DNA of 64,000 nt from an uncultured Candidatus Saccharibacteria bacterium (GCA_965231155.1 OZ246418.1:42266-106265); one strand, 5' to 3'; positions 9,163 to 19,827 are shown, numbered from the stretch's first letter. Made by a program: numbers and translations. The notes: a model not told the origin generated them from the sequence alone.

Positions 9163-10952
9163 GTAACTTCGCTATTATAGCATTGCTCACAGTAGATAAT
9201 CTCGGGGCGATCTGGCGCGTAAGAAGTCTGGAAAGTGTTCAGACATTGGGCATCTCCGTGAAAATGAGGCGAGGTATTCGCGAAGGCACCGTTTGAAGAC
9301 CAGGAGCCACTACACTGACACTGTCGTGAATAAAGCGCCAATGGATTTCTCCAGCTGATCCGGTCCACATGACGACAGTTAAAACAAAGTCGTGGCAGCG
9401 GTAGTTGCATCTGACGATAAAATGCGAGTTCTTCAGGCGTGATACGAAAAGCCGTAGTGCAGTTAGAACCACACATACCAGAGTGATTATTTATTTCATC
9501 GTGCATGCAATGAATAATCTCTTTCACTATCGAGTCATCCACCCCGGAAATAGTTTCAGGTAGGTCTTTTGATTCTTTCGTTATCTGATACTCTCTTTTT
9601 TTAGAAGCTTGCCAGCGATAGCCTTGTTCTTCGACTTCTTTTTGTGTGAGGGGAAAATATTCTTGCCCCTGGCTTTCGTTATATCCTATGGGATTTATAT
9701 CGAGCGGAAAAAACTCGCCATACTTATACGTTCTTCCTTTCGAATCGACGTAGGGCATCTCACTCATATGCTTGATAATTCTCGGCACAAGCTCTTCGTA
9801 TTCTTCTTTAGAATACTGCTTATTAAGAACGCAGTACTGCTTACTTTTTAAGCCAACAGAACCAAAGACGTTGCTCACACTTTTGCAGTCCATGATATAC
9901 TGGGAGTCTGTTGCCGTCTCACAGTTCACAGTAAAAAAAGATCGATGAAGACCAAGTCCCGAACAGGAAGTTTCATAAGCAAGCTCCGCATCAACTCCAG
10001 TTGATGTTATATCCATGCAGTCCTTGATAGGGTCAAAGATGATACTCTGGGAGTATGCGCAATTTTGAGCTTCGTTTGCAAAATAACAGTTCTTGAGCTC
10101 GGAGGAGTTATAAATGTAATCCCCCTTACACCCCGCATCCTTTACGCCATGTCGGAAACGAACCGGATTTTTTATCCAAAACTCTTCCGCTTGTTTTCGA
10201 GCTTGATGTACTCCCTCTCGAGATTTCAAGTCGAACTCCTCTAGCTTCTTAACATACCCTTCTTTTGAATAAGGCTGGTTGAAAATATAATAATTTTTAT
10301 TTCGAAGACCACTGCAACCAAAACAGTTAGAACAACCAACACAATCCTGACTCAGCCACACATCACTGCACGAGTTACAGTTTCGGGAATAGAAAGTCTT
10401 ATAGCATTGCGTAAGGTTGATAGAGTAGTAACAAAGCTCTGAATATTTGGTATTAATGGTATCAAAGCAGTTCTTTGCCTTCTGCAAAGTCACGTTATAG
10501 GCACTATCCTCACACTCACCTGAATCAAAACACATATACGAGTTTTTCATGTCTAATCCTTGACCATACTCGCTATTCACACTGTTCGTATTAAATACGC
10601 TCATCGTCGGAACTTTGAAGTAGAGCTCTTTAAACTGCGCAAAAAATGGTCGAGAAAAATCATAGTCAACGCCATATTCTAAAGAATCCCACGCATCACT
10701 GATCCAGTACTGCCGATCATAGACAGGCATCGGCGCGTCCTCGGGAATTAGTGAGAATATTTTTTTACCAGTGGCGTCACACACACGTTCATGCAATGTG
10801 CGCATATTCCGAAATGACATTCGTCGCATCGCGCGGCACCGCCAACACCAGGTCGGCGGTGGAACCTCAATTTTCTTATAGAAATCAAAATCGGCGGGTT
10901 CGATTACAAAATCTAATTTGCAATTCTGACAGCTGCGTGTTTCTAAGTTCAT
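9159..10952 (-). CDS. Cysteine-rich ~597-aa protein, paralog 2 of 3
   Basis: Same architecture as 7381-9162 (MNLETRSCQNCKLDFVIEPADFDFYKKIEVPPPTWCWRCR...). Shares a 4-nt ATGA start/stop overlap with paralog 1. Confidence 0.6.
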   Translation of the reverse strand: MNLETRSCQNCKLDFVIEPADFDFYKKIEVPPPTWCWRCRAMRRMSFRNMRTLHERVCDATGKKIFSLIPEDAPMPVYDRQYWISDAWDSLEYGVDYDFSRPFFAQFKELYFKVPTMSVFNTNSVNSEYGQGLDMKNSYMCFDSGECEDSAYNVTLQKAKNCFDTINTKYSELCYYSINLTQCYKTFYSRNCNSCSDVWLSQDCVGCSNCFGCSGLRNKNYYIFNQPYSKEGYVKKLEEFDLKSREGVHQARKQAEEFWIKNPVRFRHGVKDAGCKGDYIYNSSELKNCYFANEAQNCAYSQSIIFDPIKDCMDITSTGVDAELAYETSCSGLGLHRSFFTVNCETATDSQYIMDCKSVSNVFGSVGLKSKQYCVLNKQYSKEEYEELVPRIIKHMSEMPYVDSKGRTYKYGEFFPLDINPIGYNESQGQEYFPLTQKEVEEQGYRWQASKKREYQITKESKDLPETISGVDDSIVKEIIHCMHDEINNHSGMCGSNCTTAFRITPEELAFYRQMQLPLPRLCFNCRHVDRISWRNPLALYSRQCQCSGSWSSNGAFANTSPHFHGDAQCLNTFQTSYAPDRPEIIYCEQCYNSEVT

Positions 10953-11215
10953 AGAATTTGGAAATCTTTATAATGCTTATGCTCAGCATTTTCGACTTCA
11001 ATCTTCTCGACTCGCGCCTCTCGCGGGCCTTTCTTACACCAAGCAATAAACAAATCCAACTGATCATCATCTCCTTCAACTTCGGCCAAAACTGAACCGT
11101 CTGGCATATTCTTTACATAACCAAACACGCCAATAACTTCTGCCATCTTCTTCGTTGTGTCCCTAAAGAAAACATCCTGGACCTTGCCGTATACTTTAAT
11201 AACGAGATGGTTCAT
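10949..11215 (-). CDS. acyP: Acylphosphatase
   Basis: VKVYGKVQDVFFRDTTKK ... GYVKNMPDGSVLAEVEGDDD: acylphosphatase signatures (V-x-G-x-V-Q-G-V-x-F-R and G-x-V-x-N). Confidence 0.8.
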   Translation of the reverse strand: MNHLVIKVYGKVQDVFFRDTTKKMAEVIGVFGYVKNMPDGSVLAEVEGDDDQLDLFIAWCKKGPREARVEKIEVENAEHKHYKDFQIL

Positions 11216-11220
11216 AGCTC

Positions 11221-12993
11221 TTATACGATTTCGGCATTATAACACTGCTCGCAATACACTATCTCTGGGCGATCTGGGGTGTAGGTCGTTTCAAATTTAT
11301 TCAGGCATCGTCCACCGACATGAGAGGTGTGCTCTTTAGAATTCCTAAAAACTTTGCCATCACATACGCACTGACGACTACAAAGCTTGAATTTATTCCG
11401 CTCTCCAAGACGCTCGTAGTGGCGGCAATTGACGCATAGTTCAGGAATGGGGACACCAAGCTTCTTTAACAATTGAAGCTCTGGAGCGATTAGACGAAAT
11501 ACCTTGGTGCATTGATGATTACAAACTCCTTCATGTCGACACTGAATCAGTTCCTGAAGAATACCCTGGTCCACCTCTTGGATTGATGTAGGGATCTGTG
11601 AAAACTTCATCGTAAAAGTATTCGACTTATCCTTTGCCTCACGCCATATATATCCTCTCTTAACCGCCTCCTCCTTATCTAACGGAAAATATTCTTGAGC
11701 GATGGTTTCGTTGTAGGCAAAAAAAGACATCTCCATAGGGAAAAATTCACCGTAACGATATTCTTTCTTGTGTGAATCAACATATGGCATAGCCATCATA
11801 TGTTCTTTGATCTTTGGCAGAATAGCTTCATATTCTTCTTTGGAATACTGCTTATTCAGAATGCAGTACTGTTTATTCCGAATACCTACGGACCCAAAAC
11901 AATGCGGAGAATTTCGCACAAAATAACAATACTGAGTATCGTAGCTTTCCCAAACATTACCGCAAAAAGCGACATTATGAACCTTAAGTCCGGTATCCAT
12001 AATGTCGTAACTTGATTCAACGAGACCTACGGCGTAAGCGTCATAGAGATCTCTCATCTCAGTCACACCATAGACTAGAAAGCGCGAGTTCTCAGCAGGA
12101 CCTTCCACATCGAAACAATCCTTACAGTCTTTCACGCCATTCAGGTAATCTCCAGTAGAGTTGACGGCTCGACGAGAGTTAGAGAACTTTCTAGGCCGAG
12201 TAAGTAATAATTCTCGGAAACGCTTCTCCACGATAGCCCGACCTGTTTTAGTGTCTAGACGAAGTTCTTTAACTTTTTCCTTGTATTCTTCAGGAGAAAA
12301 CTGCTGATTGAAAATTGAATGTTTGGCGTTTCTTAACCCTACACAACCAATACAATCCTGAGAATTACGGCAGTCATAGCAATATTTTGAATTGATACAT
12401 CCCTCAGAAAGAATGAGGTGATCACTCTCGTAGCAAGCCTCCGAATCAACCAGTTGGTAACAGTGTTCATTTTTCCTAGAACCAAGCATATCAAAACAAT
12501 CTTTGTTTTCGATTGAGTGGTAGAGATACGCCGTGTCTTCGTTCATGTCACTCGCAAAATTCAGATAGCAGTTTTTTGATTCATAGGTAAAGTTGCAATA
12601 ATCGCTTTGAACATCGCTAATGTTAATGAGTGAGATAAGCGGGACTGAGTTTAGAAGCTCTTTCCATTGCTCAAAAAAAGGCCTCGAGAAATCATACTCA
12701 CGCCCATACTGCATAGGATCCCACTCGTCGCTCCACCAGTATTTTGTATCGTATACAGGAATAGCGAGCTCTGGCGGATACATAGTAATAATGGATTCCC
12801 CATGACCCGGAGCATCACATTTTCGCTTATAGAGATTCCTCTCATTCCTCCAGGTTAAACGGCGCATCAAACGACAGTCCGGACAAAAAGTCGGTGGTGG
12901 CACCTGCATTTTTTTGTAGAAATCAAAATCGACTGACTCTATCGTAAATTCTTGTTTACAGTTCTGACAGTTTTTTACTTCTTTTTCGGCCAT
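11221..12993 (-). CDS. Cysteine-rich ~590-aa protein, paralog 3 of 3
   Basis: MAEKEVKNCQNCKQEFTIESVDFDFYKKMQVPPPTFCPDCR... Colinear with paralogs 1 and 2 throughout. Confidence 0.6.
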   Translation of the reverse strand: MAEKEVKNCQNCKQEFTIESVDFDFYKKMQVPPPTFCPDCRLMRRLTWRNERNLYKRKCDAPGHGESIITMYPPELAIPVYDTKYWWSDEWDPMQYGREYDFSRPFFEQWKELLNSVPLISLINISDVQSDYCNFTYESKNCYLNFASDMNEDTAYLYHSIENKDCFDMLGSRKNEHCYQLVDSEACYESDHLILSEGCINSKYCYDCRNSQDCIGCVGLRNAKHSIFNQQFSPEEYKEKVKELRLDTKTGRAIVEKRFRELLLTRPRKFSNSRRAVNSTGDYLNGVKDCKDCFDVEGPAENSRFLVYGVTEMRDLYDAYAVGLVESSYDIMDTGLKVHNVAFCGNVWESYDTQYCYFVRNSPHCFGSVGIRNKQYCILNKQYSKEEYEAILPKIKEHMMAMPYVDSHKKEYRYGEFFPMEMSFFAYNETIAQEYFPLDKEEAVKRGYIWREAKDKSNTFTMKFSQIPTSIQEVDQGILQELIQCRHEGVCNHQCTKVFRLIAPELQLLKKLGVPIPELCVNCRHYERLGERNKFKLCSRQCVCDGKVFRNSKEHTSHVGGRCLNKFETTYTPDRPEIVYCEQCYNAEIV

Positions 12994-14081
12994 GGTCGTT
13001 TTAGAGCCTCAATACCCGGCAACTTCTCACCAGCCAAATAAGCTAACATCGCACCTCCACCAGTGGAAACAAAATTAAACGCCTTATCAAGCTTATTCTC
13101 CTTAATGAACATCACCGTCTCTCCACCACCGGCCAATCGAAAGGCTTTTTTATTTTTAGCGATTTCTTTTATCAGAGCACAGGTCCCATACGAAAACTTC
13201 TTTTTTTCGATAAAGCCGAACGGACCGTTCCAGATAATCGTCCCCGCAGTCTTAATTTTCGGGATAAACGATTTTACCGATTGAGGCCCGGAGTCGAGAA
13301 TTCTTTCTTTTTCCCAAATAAAATCTATAGGCAGTAAGAGATTTTTATAACGTGCAATTTCTTTAACCACTGCTCCGGGATCTTCATCGGCCACTGATCC
13401 CTCAATATCAACTCCCCGTTCTCGAAGAATTGTATTGGCTACTGCTCCACCGAGAATAAAGGTGTCGGCTCTCGTTTTAAAATACTTAATAACCGGTAGC
13501 TTGTCGTGTGCTTTTCCGCCTCCAAAAATAATAACCAGTGGCTTCTGGGCACGCCTCATTACATAGGAAAGATGTCCAATTTCTGACTCTAATTCCAGAC
13601 CACCAAAACTTGGTAAAATTTTTGTAATCGCAGATACCGAAGCGTTGGCTCGGTGTGAAACAGCAAAAGCATCATTAACGTAATAATCTGCCAGCGAGCC
13701 CAGTTGCTTAGCCAACTTGATATCATCCTTCTCCTCTCCTTTTAAAAACCTAAGATTCTCCAGTAGGAATATACTTCCTCTTGGGGATCTCTCTATCTCT
13801 TTTTTGATTTCAGCAAAACGAAAATGTGGAATAAAAGAAACTTTTTTCTTCAAAAGTTTCTCTAGATTCTTAGCGTCTTTCTTTAAACTAAATTTTTCAT
13901 CAACCTCCCGTGGACGACCGCGATGGCTCACAATTACAATCTTCGAAGCCTGCTTCAGAAGAAAATGAATAGTTGGTATTGTCGCCTCCATACGCCATTC
14001 GTCTTCGGTATTGAAATCTAAGCGAAGCAGCGCAGTCCCTCCTAGTTTCTCCGGACTGGCTTGCTTCAGATATTTAATCAT
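12975..14081 (-). CDS. pgk: Phosphoglycerate kinase
   Basis: LLRLDFN...VSHRGRP, AFAVSHRANASV, FIWNGPFGFIEKKKFSYGT, AGGGETV: canonical PGK motifs. Confidence 0.9.
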   Translation of the reverse strand: MIKYLKQASPEKLGGTALLRLDFNTEDEWRMEATIPTIHFLLKQASKIVIVSHRGRPREVDEKFSLKKDAKNLEKLLKKKVSFIPHFRFAEIKKEIERSPRGSIFLLENLRFLKGEEKDDIKLAKQLGSLADYYVNDAFAVSHRANASVSAITKILPSFGGLELESEIGHLSYVMRRAQKPLVIIFGGGKAHDKLPVIKYFKTRADTFILGGAVANTILRERGVDIEGSVADEDPGAVVKEIARYKNLLLPIDFIWEKERILDSGPQSVKSFIPKIKTAGTIIWNGPFGFIEKKKFSYGTCALIKEIAKNKKAFRLAGGGETVMFIKENKLDKAFNFVSTGGGAMLAYLAGEKLPGIEALKRPWPKKK

Positions 14082-14123
14082 TACGGTTTATTATACTCGA
14101 GGTTTTCTATATAATGAAAAGGT

Positions 14124-15389
14124 ATGGAAAGAAAGCGGATAGTCATTCTGGGAGGGGGGTTCGGCGGTCTCACGACCGCTTTTTCCATATCGAAAGAACT
14201 CCACAGCCTCCGACTCCTCGACTCATATGAACTCGTCCTTATTGATCGGAACGAACATCACACCTTTATTCCCCTCTTATATGAGGTGGCAACTACGGCC
14301 AAAGAGACAGCAAATCTTATTCACCTTCATGACCTGGTCACCCACAACCTGACTGAACTAACCACACACTCATCAATCCGTTTCATTCAGGATGAGGTAC
14401 AAAGAATCTCTCCCAAAGAGGGCCTCATCACCCTGAAGAAAAACGGCACTATGAAAGCTGAATACATTGTCCTGGCCTTAGGCTCAGAAGTGAACTACTT
14501 CAATATTCCTGGACTCAAAGAGTATTCCCTGACACTGAAATCATTTTTCGACGCCATCCATCTTCGAGACGCTATCGTCAATCTGGCCGAAAACAAATCA
14601 GTCATTGAAATAGTGGTGGGTGGGGCAGGACCGACAGGAGTTGAGCTGGCTGGAGAACTCACTAACTGGTGTTCACGCTCACTTGGCTGCCAGCTCCATG
14701 TCACACTCATTGAAGCCCAGCCGAATATTCTTTTCGGCTTTCCTTCCAATATTGCTGGCCGAGCAGAAAGACGCCTCCGCGATCTTGGGGTACATATAAA
14801 AACTCAGGCAAAAATTCTTCAACTATCTACTAAGGAAGTGGAACTGGGAAATGGTGAAAAAATACCGTTTGATCTTTTCGTGTGGAGTGGTGGCGTAAAA
14901 ACTCCCGACCTCCTCCTCAACCTCCCTTTAAAAACTGAGACTCGTGGTAGAATCGAAACCCACGAGACTATGGCCTGTCTTCCGCAAACCCCAGATCTAG
15001 AGCTAGGCTGTATGGTTTACGGTATTGGCGACAATGTCTGTTCTTATGATCCTCGCACCAATAAACCAGTTCCGGCGGTTGCTCCGGCAGCTATCGCACA
15101 AGCAGGCGTGGCCGCGCACAACATTATGCAGGATATTAGAAAAGCAGAAGGTCTGCCCCAAACTATTCGCCGAACGTATATTCCAGCCGACTATCCTTAC
15201 GTCATTCCAGTCGGCGGTAAGTACGTTATTGCAAAAATTGGTCCTATTGTCCTTGCCGGAATCTTCGGCTGGATATTTAAAGGACTTGTCGAGTTCTATT
15301 ATCTCACTTCGATTATGCCGAAATCAAAAGCCTTTCGTGTCTGGATTAAAGGACTCCTCGTTTTTATGAAAAACGACAAGCTAGGATAG
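14124..15389 (+). CDS. ndh: Type II NADH dehydrogenase-like FAD/NAD(P)-binding oxidoreductase
   Basis: N-terminal RIVILGGGFGGL dinucleotide-binding motif and second GGAGPTGVELAGEL Rossmann motif. Length and layout match NDH-2. Confidence 0.7.
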   Translation: MERKRIVILGGGFGGLTTAFSISKELHSLRLLDSYELVLIDRNEHHTFIPLLYEVATTAKETANLIHLHDLVTHNLTELTTHSSIRFIQDEVQRISPKEGLITLKKNGTMKAEYIVLALGSEVNYFNIPGLKEYSLTLKSFFDAIHLRDAIVNLAENKSVIEIVVGGAGPTGVELAGELTNWCSRSLGCQLHVTLIEAQPNILFGFPSNIAGRAERRLRDLGVHIKTQAKILQLSTKEVELGNGEKIPFDLFVWSGGVKTPDLLLNLPLKTETRGRIETHETMACLPQTPDLELGCMVYGIGDNVCSYDPRTNKPVPAVAPAAIAQAGVAAHNIMQDIRKAEGLPQTIRRTYIPADYPYVIPVGGKYVIAKIGPIVLAGIFGWIFKGLVEFYYLTSIMPKSKAFRVWIKGLLVFMKNDKLG

Positions 15390-15402
15390 AGAGTAAGACC
15401 TT

Positions 15403-17775
15403 CTACGCTCTTAAACGACGGTGAATCTCTGATTCGACAACTGCCCGATCGGCACCATACTTCAAACGTGAATACTCTTTCATCTTGGTGGCAAGATCAA
15501 CATCCCCTCCCCGCCAGGAGGTGGTGGAGACTTTCATATTGAATGGTCTGGCCGTCTGACCATTAATCAAAAGTTTCACATGGGCATTTAAGTTGTCGAT
15601 ATTAATAAGGTCATTTTCATCAAAAACAGGAGCGAATTGTTTTGCCAAGAACTCAGCGTCCTGGACGCCAACTCGCATGGCCACCTGGGAACCGACGTTT
15701 CCGAATATTGAATCTCGAATCTTCTCCTCGAGCTGGGCGATAAACTGGTGGGCCACTGTTAAATTGAGACGGTACTTTCTGGCCTCCGAAAGAATGGTGG
15801 AGATCGAATCGGTCGTGAAGTTCTGAAACTCGTCAATGTAAAGATAGAAATCACGACGCTTATTCATATCAGGAATGTCACCACGCGAAAGTGCGGCCAT
15901 CAGAATCTTTCCGGTGAAAATCATACCTAACAAACTAGCATTAATATCACCAATCTTTCCTTTCGAAAGATTAATAATCAGAATCTTTCCAGAATCCATT
16001 ACTTCTCTGAAATTAAAAGCTGACTTCGGCTGACCAATGATTGGACGCATATAATCATTGGCAATGAAGTTGTTAAATTTAGAAGTGATATACGGAGTCA
16101 TGTTTGCTAATGACGCCTCACCACCAGCCTTGGCGGCTTCCTTCTCCCAAAAATCAACAACCACAGGATTTTGAATACGCTGTAATTTTCGTTTTCGAAA
16201 TTCGGTATCTGTAAAAATTCGTGGCACCTCAACCAGGGTCGCGGGCTCATTCGGCATATCTTCCATTAAAAGCAACAAGGCATTCCTCATATACTGTTCA
16301 AACATCGGACCCATTGTTTCGGCCACGAATAATTTATTAAAAATGCTTTGCATCTCGTTTACAATAAACGTCTTCTCCTCTGGACGATCAAAGTTGTAGT
16401 CGATCATATTTAATCCTAATGGTCGTGCCAGATCACCAGGGTTGAAGTAGATAAGATCGTCTAAACGTTCTTTGGGAATATGCTCAATCACATTCTCCGC
16501 CACATCACCGTGAGGATCGATGATCGAAACTCCCCGACCAGCCTTAATATCCTCAATGAGCATACTAGCCAAAAGAGTTGTCTTACCAGTTCCAGTCTGA
16601 CCAACAACATAGACATGACGTCGACGATCTTCCTCCATAATGTAGACAGGATGCTCCTGTCCTCGAAAATTGGTCTGGCCCATTAAAAGTCCTGACTTTG
16701 GCAAATCAGCAGGCGGTGGAGCCTCTTTTGATTTCAACCACTTCACTTTTGGTGTCTCGGTTGTGGAAATGGGAAGATGGTAGAGGCTGGCCAGTTCTTC
16801 GGCATTCAGAATCATAGCTTTTTCTTTATCAAATTTTCGGAAGACATACTGGTGCAAAAGCGCTTGGACATTACGCGGTTTTACAATACGAAAACTATTC
16901 CGTCGTGGACTGGTGAACTGACTAAAGGGAGTAGCGATGCCATCAATAATTTCATCAGCCACACGGGTATTCGGGGCCGAAGCGATAATCCGCACGTTTA
17001 CCATAAATAAAGCTTTTTCAATTTTTTGTTCCAGCATTTTCAACCCCTCCTCGTCGACAAGACGTTCATTTTTCCTACGCTCCCGTCCTTCGGCATCGAG
17101 CGCGTGTTTGATTTCTTTTACGTTCCATGGCGTCTTCTGATGAAACACTTTACTTAAGGACTCTCCTCGTTTCATCTCTTTAATATAATTTTCAACCAGT
17201 CGACGAGAGTCGCTCGGCGCTGGCTGAATAATCACCTGCAAGGCAGCTCCCTCGCCAAGCTCCTGGATTTTTGCGAAGCCGTTCAAAATGCCATCGAACG
17301 CATCGGCGCCAATCTCCTCGTACGTTCGAATGGGAAGCGCAAAAGATTCCTTTTGCTCAAAGAAGGCGGCGGTAGTAATTCCCTGAGCATTGAATACATT
17401 GTAGTCGTCCGGCAAAGGCACCACGCTGGCATTCGTCCAAACTCCCTGGACCTGTTTAATCGCCGCCTCGCTCAACTCTCGAGGAATCGCCATATGAAAA
17501 TGAATCTCTTCGCCAATATGAGGCACCGCTACTTCGAAAACAAATGGAGCACGGAAAGAAGCAAGGGAAGCAAAAAGTTGTTCGGTTTTATTAATTTCTC
17601 GCTTGAAGTCGTCAGATGGCCCGCCTTCTTTTTTTGGTTCACGGGGGATTCTAATTAAGAAAAGTTCGAGAGAAAGGGAGGAGAGGAGGGCCTGAGTCTG
17701 CACTCGACGAAAGATAAAGTATCCCCCCGCAACAAGAATGAGACCGATGAGTAAAATGAGAATTATTTCAATCAT
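15403..17775 (-). CDS. TraD/VirD4/TrwB-like type IV coupling-protein ATPase with N-terminal TM anchor
   Basis: N-terminal hydrophobic segment; Walker A VVGQTGTGKTT; DEFQNF and HQFIAQL motifs typical of T4CP/TraG-D C-terminal region. Confidence 0.7.
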   Translation of the reverse strand: MIEIILILLIGLILVAGGYFIFRRVQTQALLSSLSLELFLIRIPREPKKEGGPSDDFKREINKTEQLFASLASFRAPFVFEVAVPHIGEEIHFHMAIPRELSEAAIKQVQGVWTNASVVPLPDDYNVFNAQGITTAAFFEQKESFALPIRTYEEIGADAFDGILNGFAKIQELGEGAALQVIIQPAPSDSRRLVENYIKEMKRGESLSKVFHQKTPWNVKEIKHALDAEGRERRKNERLVDEEGLKMLEQKIEKALFMVNVRIIASAPNTRVADEIIDGIATPFSQFTSPRRNSFRIVKPRNVQALLHQYVFRKFDKEKAMILNAEELASLYHLPISTTETPKVKWLKSKEAPPPADLPKSGLLMGQTNFRGQEHPVYIMEEDRRRHVYVVGQTGTGKTTLLASMLIEDIKAGRGVSIIDPHGDVAENVIEHIPKERLDDLIYFNPGDLARPLGLNMIDYNFDRPEEKTFIVNEMQSIFNKLFVAETMGPMFEQYMRNALLLLMEDMPNEPATLVEVPRIFTDTEFRKRKLQRIQNPVVVDFWEKEAAKAGGEASLANMTPYITSKFNNFIANDYMRPIIGQPKSAFNFREVMDSGKILIINLSKGKIGDINASLLGMIFTGKILMAALSRGDIPDMNKRRDFYLYIDEFQNFTTDSISTILSEARKYRLNLTVAHQFIAQLEEKIRDSIFGNVGSQVAMRVGVQDAEFLAKQFAPVFDENDLINIDNLNAHVKLLINGQTARPFNMKVSTTSWRGGDVDLATKMKEYSRLKYGADRAVVESEIHRRLRA

Positions 17776-17790
17776 GATGAGAGCCTCGAA

Positions 17791-18186
17791 CTACAACACT
17801 CCCCGCTCTTCTAGGTGTGGATATAGTTTCTTCACTAACGCATCATGGAAGGCATCAAGGACAAAGGGGTTGGCCTTTCTGGCTTCACGATCAGCTTTCA
17901 GAATGCCTTGATGAAAAGCGATATCGAGTAAGTATTCCACCTGAAGCTTCGTTTCTGCTGAGGCGTTATCCACATACTGAGGCAAAGGATTCTGTAGGTC
18001 GGTTGGGGTGACCACTGGACCATTGTTCGTATCCGTAAAAGACTGAATAGACTTCTTTAAAAGCGCTTCTCCAGTGAGATGTCTTGTTTCTGGTGCCTCC
18101 TGATGCTTCCCTACTTCACGGGCTAGATGGGTGAGATCATCTTCAAGCGCCTGGTGTTCAAATTCTGGTAGTAATTGTTCAGCCAT
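17791..18186 (-). CDS. Hypothetical acidic protein upstream of the coupling ATPase
   Basis: 131-aa ORF, 16 nt upstream of the ATPase on the same strand. No recognisable motif. Confidence 0.35.
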   Translation of the reverse strand: MAEQLLPEFEHQALEDDLTHLAREVGKHQEAPETRHLTGEALLKKSIQSFTDTNNGPVVTPTDLQNPLPQYVDNASAETKLQVEYLLDIAFHQGILKADREARKANPFVLDAFHDALVKKLYPHLEERGVL

Positions 18187-18205
18187 GTTGTTATTATAGT
18201 ATACA

Positions 18206-19825
18206 ATGACTCGTTATATTTTCGTAACTGGTGGCGTCATGTCGGGGATTGGAAAGGGAGTCTCCACAGCCTCTATCGCCCGCCTCTTACAAGACAAAGG
18301 TTTCAAGACGACAGCGGTAAAGATTGATCCCTATGTAAACGTCGATGCCGGTACAATGAACCCTCTCGAACACGGAGAGGTTTTTGTTACCGAGGATGGT
18401 TTAGAGTGTGATCAGGATATTGGTAACTACGAACGATTTCTTGGTACCAATATTTTTCGCGACAACTACATGACCACTGGCCTGGTCTATCAAACTGTTA
18501 TCAACCGCGAACGAAGCCTGGGATACAACGGACAGTGCGTTCAGGTTGTTCCGGCTATCCCTGACGAAGTGATTCGCCGACTGAAAATCGTTGGCCAAAA
18601 ACAGAAAGCTGATTTTGTACTAATCGAAATTGGTGGCACGGTTGGTGAATATGAGAACCTTCTCTTCCTCGAGGCGGCACGCATGCTCAAGTTGCAGAAC
18701 CCCGAGGCGGTGATGTTTGTCCTTGTGAGTTATCTCCCAATCCCCTCGAAGATTGGAGAGATGAAGACCAAGCCAACCCAGCACGCAGTTCGCAACCTGA
18801 ACGGTGCGGGTATTCAGCCAGATATCATCCTCGCTCGTTCAACGGAACCCATTGATGAACCCCGTAAGAAAAAAATTGCCATCTTTTGTAACGTCTCGGC
18901 AGAAGATATCATCTCTGCCCCCGATGTCGATTTTATCTACGACATTCCTCTGAACTTTGAAAAAGAAGGAATTAGTAATCGTATCCTTAAAAAGTTTGGC
19001 CTCAAACCGAAAAAGATAAATGGTCATGAGTGGAAGACTTTCACAGAGTCTATTCATCGCGCTAAAAAACCACTAAAAATTGCTATCGCAGGAAAGTACT
19101 TTACTACAGGGAACTTCACTCTGAGCGACTCTTATCTTTCAGTTATCGAAGCCATCAAACACGCGGCCTGGCGCGTCGGCCGAAAACCAGAGATTCACTG
19201 GATCGATACGGGGGTTTTTGAAAAATCAAAAGCCAATTTAAAACAATTATCTCAGTATGATGGTTTGATTGTTCCGGGAGGCTTCGGCACGCGCGGCATC
19301 GAAGGAAAGATTCTAGCCATTCAGTATGCCAGAGAGAAAAAGATTCCATTCCTGGGGCTGTGTTATGGCCTCCAGTTAGCCGTCGTAGAATTTGCTCGTA
19401 ATGTGGCTGGGCTGAAAAATGCCCACACCACCGAAGTGGATCCAAAAACTCCTTATCCAGTGATTCATATCCTCCCTGAACAGTTAGAGAATCTACAGAA
19501 ACATAATCTTGGGGGCTCAATGAGACTGGGCGCCTATCCTTGCGAGATTAAAAAGAATACCAAGGCTTTCAAGGCGTACGGCCAGGAGTTGATCACTGAA
19601 CGACATCGCCATCGCTATGAAGTGAATAATCAGTATCGCGACTTGATCGAGAAAAAAGGCCTGACGATTTCTGGAATTAATCCAGAGAAAAACTTAGTGG
19701 AGATTATCGAGATCAAAAACCACCCGTTCTTTATGGCCAGCCAGTTCCACCCTGAGTTAAAATCTCGGCCACTGACTCCTCATCCAATGTTTTTGGACTT
19801 CGTGAAAGCAGCAAGTAAGAAATAA
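18206..19825 (+). CDS. pyrG: CTP synthase
   Basis: YIFVTGGVMSGIGKG..., DPYVNVDAGTMNP, and C-terminal glutamine amidotransferase GLCYGLQ with catalytic Cys. Confidence 0.95.
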   Translation: MTRYIFVTGGVMSGIGKGVSTASIARLLQDKGFKTTAVKIDPYVNVDAGTMNPLEHGEVFVTEDGLECDQDIGNYERFLGTNIFRDNYMTTGLVYQTVINRERSLGYNGQCVQVVPAIPDEVIRRLKIVGQKQKADFVLIEIGGTVGEYENLLFLEAARMLKLQNPEAVMFVLVSYLPIPSKIGEMKTKPTQHAVRNLNGAGIQPDIILARSTEPIDEPRKKKIAIFCNVSAEDIISAPDVDFIYDIPLNFEKEGISNRILKKFGLKPKKINGHEWKTFTESIHRAKKPLKIAIAGKYFTTGNFTLSDSYLSVIEAIKHAAWRVGRKPEIHWIDTGVFEKSKANLKQLSQYDGLIVPGGFGTRGIEGKILAIQYAREKKIPFLGLCYGLQLAVVEFARNVAGLKNAHTTEVDPKTPYPVIHILPEQLENLQKHNLGGSMRLGAYPCEIKKNTKAFKAYGQELITERHRHRYEVNNQYRDLIEKKGLTISGINPEKNLVEIIEIKNHPFFMASQFHPELKSRPLTPHPMFLDFVKAASKK

Positions 19826-19827
19826 AA

